A stretch of DNA of 64,000 bases, taken from a virus. The notes under the pieces are model-generated. The model worked only from the letters and a program-made list of their open reading frames with translations. It was not told the origin of the DNA and searched no databases. The DNA lies in the IMG/VR virus record IMGVR_UViG_3300045921_000191, positions 46,656-110,655 of that record. One strand, 5' to 3'. Shown here one piece after another: positions 59,256 to 64,000 of this stretch (its first letter is position 1; every line of letters starts with the position of its first letter). A program made the translations under genes and the position numbers.

Positions 59256-59411
59256 ATGGGCAAATTTGATACAAAGACTGGTTTCAAGAAAATGTTAAAA
59301 GAAGCTGATTCTATTGATAAAATGCCTAAAAAGTCTGTACGCAAATGGAAACGCGGAGAAAAGCAAAAAGTTAAGAAGCAGATTATAAAGGATCAAAATG
59401 ATCAAGGCTGA
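59256..59411 (+). CDS. 51-aa basic protein (not in ORF track)
   Basis: MGKFDTKTGFKKMLK...; AAGGA RBS. Confidence 0.45.
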   Translation: MGKFDTKTGFKKMLKEADSIDKMPKKSVRKWKRGEKQKVKKQIIKDQNDQG

Positions 59412-60279
59412 AGTAGTCGCTGATTCTATCAGTACGGCAGGAGTAAGACTTACTACATTTGTTCTAAAATATCCTCGATTTATTCATTCAGAACTAATGA
59501 CTCATCGAGTATTTTCTAGGAATGCATCCTCGTCCCGTGCTATCCCAGTTAAGAAATCAATTCAACTGGTTCAGTCGGAACCAGTGATTCCGCTTGCATT
59601 TACTCGCAATCAAAAAGGAATGCAAGGCGGAGAAGCTCTTTCTGGATCTGAACATGACGAAGCAGTCAGCCTTTGGCTTAAAGGAAGAGATTACGCAGTA
59701 GAAATTGCACAAGGTCTTTCTGATCTCGAAGTACACAAACAATACGCAAACAGGGTTCTTGAGCCTTACTCTTGGATTCAAGTAGTTCTCACTTCAACGG
59801 ACTTTTCTAACTGGTATGCTTTAAGATACCACGGACAAGCTCAACCTGAAATTCATGTGCTTGCAAAACTTATGTTTGAAGCTCAAGAGGCCAGCACTCC
59901 AAAGTTTATTAATCCTGGAGAATGGCATCTCCCATTTATCGACCCTAAAACCAGTACGGATACTCTTTCCTCACTTGGAACCATTAAAGATACTTACGAA
60001 TGGAGTATGGCTTTGGTAAAACGATCCGCTGCTCGTTGCGCCAGAGTATCATACTTAAATCATGATGGCAGTTCTACTACTTACGAACAAGATCTTCAAC
60101 TTCATGATCGTCTTCTAAAATCAGCCCCTCTTCATGCTTCTCCTGCCGAACATCAAGCAATGGCAGTAGGAGATTCTAACGTTCGTTCTGGTAACTTTAG
60201 AGGTTGGATTCAATATCGTAAGACTATTCCAAATGAGAATATTTCACATTTTAATCCTCCAATACTGGAGGATCTATGA
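59398..60279 (+). CDS. thyX: Flavin-dependent thymidylate synthase
   Basis: PRFIHSELMTHRVFSRNASSSRAIP, VHKQYANR, AQPEI, ARCARVSY, HASPAEH. Confidence 0.9.
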   Translation: MIKAEVVADSISTAGVRLTTFVLKYPRFIHSELMTHRVFSRNASSSRAIPVKKSIQLVQSEPVIPLAFTRNQKGMQGGEALSGSEHDEAVSLWLKGRDYAVEIAQGLSDLEVHKQYANRVLEPYSWIQVVLTSTDFSNWYALRYHGQAQPEIHVLAKLMFEAQEASTPKFINPGEWHLPFIDPKTSTDTLSSLGTIKDTYEWSMALVKRSAARCARVSYLNHDGSSTTYEQDLQLHDRLLKSAPLHASPAEHQAMAVGDSNVRSGNFRGWIQYRKTIPNENISHFNPPILEDL

Positions 60280-61034
60280 AATGGTTAATCCTTCTATTAC
60301 TGGCAGCAAATCCATCTTACGCTAACGCTCCTACTGTTTTTGCTAAAAGCTTAATTAGAGTGGCTGTTATCGACACTGGAAAACCTATAATCACTGATGC
60401 TCCAGTTTGTCCCACAGGACATAAGGATTTTTCTGGATTAGGAATTCGAGATACACACGGTCATTCTGGACATATTGCTGACGTGTTAGATCAACACGTA
60501 AAACAAAAATTACGTACAAGCCTTTTTAACGCTAATCGTGATAACTCCGAATTTAATAAAGATATTGGATACTGCATTGTCTTCTTCAAATACTATAACG
60601 AACTAGCTACTGGAACTGAAAATTTAATAGCTTCAAATCAAGCTTTGGAAGAAGCGACTAGGCAAAAAGTAGATGTAATAGTTTATGCGGGCGGCGGTGC
60701 GGCTTATGATCACAGAGAAGCAAGAGCGGTTAAAGCAGCTCTGAATGCTGGAATTAAAATGATAGCCGCCGCTGGTAACGAGGGGATGGATACTTCTATT
60801 CATCCCTACTTTCCAGCTCAATACGATTCAAGAATACAAATGGTAGGAAATCTCACTTCTAGCGGAAGCAGAGGTCCGTTATCAAACTTCGGTCCTCGGG
60901 TTAGCTTTTGGGAAGTAGGAACTTCAGTTTTAGCTAAAGTCAACGGAAAACCGATGTACATGACTGGGACTTCCCAAGCTACAGCAGTTCGAGCTGGAAA
61001 AGTGGTGAGAGAGCTTATTAGGAGTCGAAAATGA
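60276..61034 (+). CDS. Secreted subtilisin-like S8 protease
   Basis: Signal peptide; triad VIDTG / HGH..H / GTSQA; AAAGN oxyanion Asn. Confidence 0.88.
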   Translation: MKWLILLLLAANPSYANAPTVFAKSLIRVAVIDTGKPIITDAPVCPTGHKDFSGLGIRDTHGHSGHIADVLDQHVKQKLRTSLFNANRDNSEFNKDIGYCIVFFKYYNELATGTENLIASNQALEEATRQKVDVIVYAGGGAAYDHREARAVKAALNAGIKMIAAAGNEGMDTSIHPYFPAQYDSRIQMVGNLTSSGSRGPLSNFGPRVSFWEVGTSVLAKVNGKPMYMTGTSQATAVRAGKVVRELIRSRK

Positions 61035-61059
61035 TGCAGTTTTCAAGTAAGGAGGAAAA

Positions 61060-61494
61060 ATGAGTGGAGAATCAACGCCCACTACCCCAGAGGATCAACT
61101 TGATTATATCAACATGGAGTTGCAAAAACTAGGCCTTGCTCCTGTGGCTGTTCCTGGAGAGACTACGGATTACCAACAAGCTTTGGAATCAGCTCTTATC
61201 ACCGCAGGGCAAACCTTAGCTCTATATGACCAACTTTTAGACACTGTGAAAAACAATGCGGAGCTGGTAAAAGCAAAGATCGGAAGTCTCGATCTTAAAG
61301 GAAAAATCCTTCTTATTCAAAACTCAGGAATGACTATGAGCGAAGTGGACTATCTTCGAAAAAATCTAGAAGACGCTAAGCCTCTTGGAATCATGCTAAT
61401 GCCAGATGATGCCATAATTACTGCTCTTGAGATCGATGACATGATTCTTCGTTTACAAGGACTGTCTTTGAAGAAAAAAGGCCAAGTTCAGTGA
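61060..61494 (+). CDS. Hypothetical protein
   Basis: TAAGGAGG RBS. Confidence 0.6.
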   Translation: MSGESTPTTPEDQLDYINMELQKLGLAPVAVPGETTDYQQALESALITAGQTLALYDQLLDTVKNNAELVKAKIGSLDLKGKILLIQNSGMTMSEVDYLRKNLEDAKPLGIMLMPDDAIITALEIDDMILRLQGLSLKKKGQVQ

Positions 61495-61528
61495 TTTTTG
61501 TCCACGCCAAAATTTTTTAAGATTATAC

Positions 61529-61557
61529 TTGACACAGTGCATAAGATCTGTTAGGCT
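61529..61557 (+). promoter_or_regulatory. Sigma70 promoter (leaderless start at 61564)
   Basis: TTGACA-17-(TGt)TAGGCT, then 6 nt to the ATG. Confidence 0.75.
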
Positions 61558-61563
61558 ATAAAC

Positions 61564-61727
61564 ATGACCATTATAGAAGTCCTCGAAGAGCATGAGAAGC
61601 GGATTAAAAAGCTTACGATGACGCCTCAATAAAATATTATGGAAATTTCGCACTAACCAATGCTCAACTTGCAAATATGCCAAAAGAGGATGAACGACAT
61701 GAGTTATCTAGGAAGTTGATAAGATGA
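61564..61727 (+). pseudogene. Frameshifted small gene
   Basis: MTIIEVLEEHEKRIKK | YDDASIKYYGNF...KLIR*; the second frame ends in an ATGA overlap with 61724; 1 nt missing near 61606-61614. Confidence 0.55.
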
Positions 61728-62266
61728 AACGCGCTATCTTCGGTTCCCTTCTAATCCATTTGGCTATCCTGGCATTATTCTTGAATGCAGGCAGCGGAAT
61801 CGATGGTAACTGTGAAGGACCTAACTGCTCAGACAAAAAATCAGAAAACGCAGGCACTGGTAATTTTGATGACGACAAAAGAGAAATCGTAGATAAACCT
61901 GTCCAAATCTCTCCTGTAAGTCCAGAAGTCTTGGAAGCTATCAAAAAGCAAAACGAACAAATTAAACTAGAAGAAGAGCAAAAGAAAGAACAAGCTCGTC
62001 TTGAAAAAGAAGCCAAAGAATGTCCTTTGTGGTTTGGTGGAATCGGAGTCACTTTCAACTCTCTTGAGGGTCGAGTCCTGACAGTTCACCGAGGTTATCC
62101 CGCTGAAGCAGCAGGAATACAGCCTGGAGACTATCTTACATCTGATACAGAAATCAAAGGTCAAGTAGGAACTCCTGTAGTAGTTCAAGTTACCAGAGGA
62201 ACCTTAGTTTATACTCTCACTCTTATTCGCGCAAAGATTTGCGTAGTACATGATGGTCCCAAATGA
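61724..62266 (+). CDS. Membrane-anchored PDZ-domain protein (TolA/TonB-like anchor)
   Basis: SLLIHLAIL anchor; FGGIGV...V..GYPAEAAGIQPGD...G..GTPV PDZ motifs. Confidence 0.8.
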   Translation: MKRAIFGSLLIHLAILALFLNAGSGIDGNCEGPNCSDKKSENAGTGNFDDDKREIVDKPVQISPVSPEVLEAIKKQNEQIKLEEEQKKEQARLEKEAKECPLWFGGIGVTFNSLEGRVLTVHRGYPAEAAGIQPGDYLTSDTEIKGQVGTPVVVQVTRGTLVYTLTLIRAKICVVHDGPK

Positions 62267-62532
62267 AAACTATAATACTCGCTTTTTTATTCTCAACATT
62301 AGCATTGGCGGAAGTCAACATTAAAGATGTTCAGCAATCCTCATTTTACACAGGTTGCATCGACGGCTGGATCGTAACTTATGAAGCTGGCTGGTACGTT
62401 AGACCAAAAGGAATGACAGGTCATGACGTTTTTAAAAAATTAAAAAAGGATTGTGCTAAAAAAGCTGACCTTTACCGAAAAGAGCAAGAAGCTTTTGAAA
62501 TTACTCCTTCGAAAGGAGAACTGCCGCGATGA
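62263..62532 (+). CDS. Small exported protein
   Basis: Signal peptide MKTIILAFLFSTLALA. Confidence 0.6.
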   Translation: MKTIILAFLFSTLALAEVNIKDVQQSSFYTGCIDGWIVTYEAGWYVRPKGMTGHDVFKKLKKDCAKKADLYRKEQEAFEITPSKGELPR

Positions 62533-62876
62533 GTAACGATCATTTGGTTAAAGAGCTTTTGAGAGATACCATGCTTTACCGAGTTACTTCGGATGGAATA
62601 CTTGAAACCAGGAAGACCAGACAAGGCAAAATCGGGACGGAATGGCGAGTAGCAGGATACGACAATCATCACAAAGGAAAAACCTATCGTTTCGTGAAGT
62701 TCAAAGGCAAGCACCTCAAAATCCACCGAATCGTTTATCAGCACTTCAAAGGCGATCTTCAGTCACATCTAGTTATCAACCATTTGGATGGCAATGGCTT
62801 AAACAACCATCCTGACAACTTGCAACAAACAACTGTTGAATACAATGCGGTTTATCGAACGCAGGAGGCAGCGTGA
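62529..62876 (+). CDS. HNH endonuclease
   Basis: IHRIVY..F.G......INHLDGNGLNNHPDNL. Confidence 0.85.
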   Translation: MSNDHLVKELLRDTMLYRVTSDGILETRKTRQGKIGTEWRVAGYDNHHKGKTYRFVKFKGKHLKIHRIVYQHFKGDLQSHLVINHLDGNGLNNHPDNLQQTTVEYNAVYRTQEAA

Positions 62877-63313
62877 AAATCGGTGATCGCTTTTTCGTTT
62901 CCAATTATTTTTCTAAGCAAGACGTAGGTGATTTAGTTGAACTTGTGGATCAGAATACAGGTTCCAGAGACGAGCCCTACGGAGTATACGGAGCCAAGTC
63001 TTTAGACGAGTACTACACCACTAAAAAGATTCATTATTTTAGCGACCACGGTTCTATGGACGTAATGGGCGCTAGAATTTACAAAACACAACAAGAAGTT
63101 GACGCCTATCTTAAATATGCCCAAGACTAGGAAGAACGAAAAGCCAAAGCTATGGACATTTTCCCTGAAATTACCCGCCTAACGGTTCAAAACGAAAAAT
63201 TTCGTGCAGCACTTGAACTCATCGCGTCACCCAAACGTGCGGACGGAACATACAATCGAAGCCGAGAAGCTTGTGAACAACTAGCCAAGGAGACTCTCAA
63301 TGAGGAACGCTGA
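62873..63313 (+). pseudogene. Hypothetical gene split by an in-frame TAG (63128-63130)
   Basis: ...YLKYAQD*EERKAKAMDIFPEITRLTVQNEKFRAALELIA... continues in frame to TGA 63313. Confidence 0.55.
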
Positions 63314-63548
63314 CCGATTGATTATCATGTGCGAGAACGATTGCCCATCTGAAGCTATCGTCCTCATTACTGACGACCATAATCAACACCTCAGATCTCA
63401 CTGGAAGTATTTCTGGAGATCTGGTATGTTGCGTCATATCTTTCTTCATTTCAAACTCCGCAAAGAACAACGGTCCAAAGGTATTCCTGTAATCCAATTC
63501 TCCAAAGTTATCAAACACGTATTGAGGAATGATCGCCGTGACCACTAA
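63300..63548 (+). CDS. Hypothetical protein
   Basis: ORF track; start uncertain. Confidence 0.45.
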   Translation: MRNADRLIIMCENDCPSEAIVLITDDHNQHLRSHWKYFWRSGMLRHIFLHFKLRKEQRSKGIPVIQFSKVIKHVLRNDRRDH

Positions 63549-63855
63549 AAGAAAGTACACTAGAAAGAAGAAATCGAAGGTGGTAGCTGCACCTGAAGTC
63601 AAGTTGGTGAAACCGCCTCTCTTTGGATTGCGGGTCCGCAAAGAAGTGGCTGGACAGTTGGTCGAGGGCGTGATAGTACATTATATCAAGGGGTGGGAAC
63701 AAATGACCGAAGAACAGGTCAAAACGTTTGCCTTCCTCGGCCCTAATGATAAAAACTACAAATCAATTCGAGGTCCTGCTGGACTTGACCGAGTGGTGGT
63801 GGCCAAGGAAAATGCCGAAGGCCTTTGGATTCTACCACTTTGGAGGTTAGTGTGA
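63529..63855 (+). CDS. Hypothetical protein
   Basis: GAGG RBS, 108 aa. Confidence 0.55.
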   Translation: MIAVTTKRKYTRKKKSKVVAAPEVKLVKPPLFGLRVRKEVAGQLVEGVIVHYIKGWEQMTEEQVKTFAFLGPNDKNYKSIRGPAGLDRVVVAKENAEGLWILPLWRLV

Positions 63856-64000
63856 ACAACTTTACTAAACTTAAAGAACTCCTTACCCAAGCAACTCAGG
63901 TAGTTAGCCAGTACGCTCACGCTCTTTGAGCCGAGAATGCCGAGCTTAGTCAAGCGTTACTGACTGCGTTAGATACTTGAAAGAAGGGAAGGCTAGATTT
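63852..64000 (+). pseudogene. Gene interrupted by in-frame TGA codons (runs off the window)
   Basis: GGAGG RBS and GTGA overlap: MNNFTKLKELLTQATQVVSQYAHAL*AENAELSQALLTALDT*KKGRLD. Confidence 0.55.

Noticed and set aside
50273-63980. Stop-codon reassignment (TGA or TAG) suggested by several in-frame stops
   Set aside because: Many genes end in ATGA/GTGA overlaps at natural lengths, long genes contain no internal stops, both TGA and TAG are involved, and no suppressor tRNA was seen.
1-64000. CRISPR array, rRNA, IS element, and a specific host assignment
   Set aside because: No spaced direct repeats, rRNA or transposase motifs were seen. Sigma70-type promoters and a catalytic-only endolysin only weakly suggest a diderm host.

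Overview
The window is part of a large contractile-tailed (myovirus-type) dsDNA phage or prophage. Its head and tail gene order resembles SPO1/Twort-like phages. From 1 to ~48.0 kb the minus strand carries an essentially intact morphogenesis block, read right to left: prohead protease, scaffold, major capsid, decoration/lysis insert, head-tail connectors, sheath, tube, chaperones, tape measure, baseplate, then many modular fibre genes. No portal or terminase gene is in the window. A 330-bp AT-rich strand switch (~47.99-48.32 kb) holds promoters, a palindrome and a dif-like XerC/XerD site. From 48.3 to 64 kb the plus strand carries small early/accessory genes behind near-consensus sigma70 promoters, several apparently leaderless. 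These include a branched-chain aminotransferase, a GGDEF protein, a tyrosine recombinase, an Rrf2 regulator, a SutA-like mini-protein, two DEDDh exonucleases, a HAD phosphatase, ThyX, a secreted subtilase and a PDZ membrane protein. The most striking pattern is asymmetric decay: many plus-strand accessory genes carry 1-nt indels, in-frame stops or deletions, while the virion genes are uninterrupted. All calls come from motif recognition by eye; no database searches were run.
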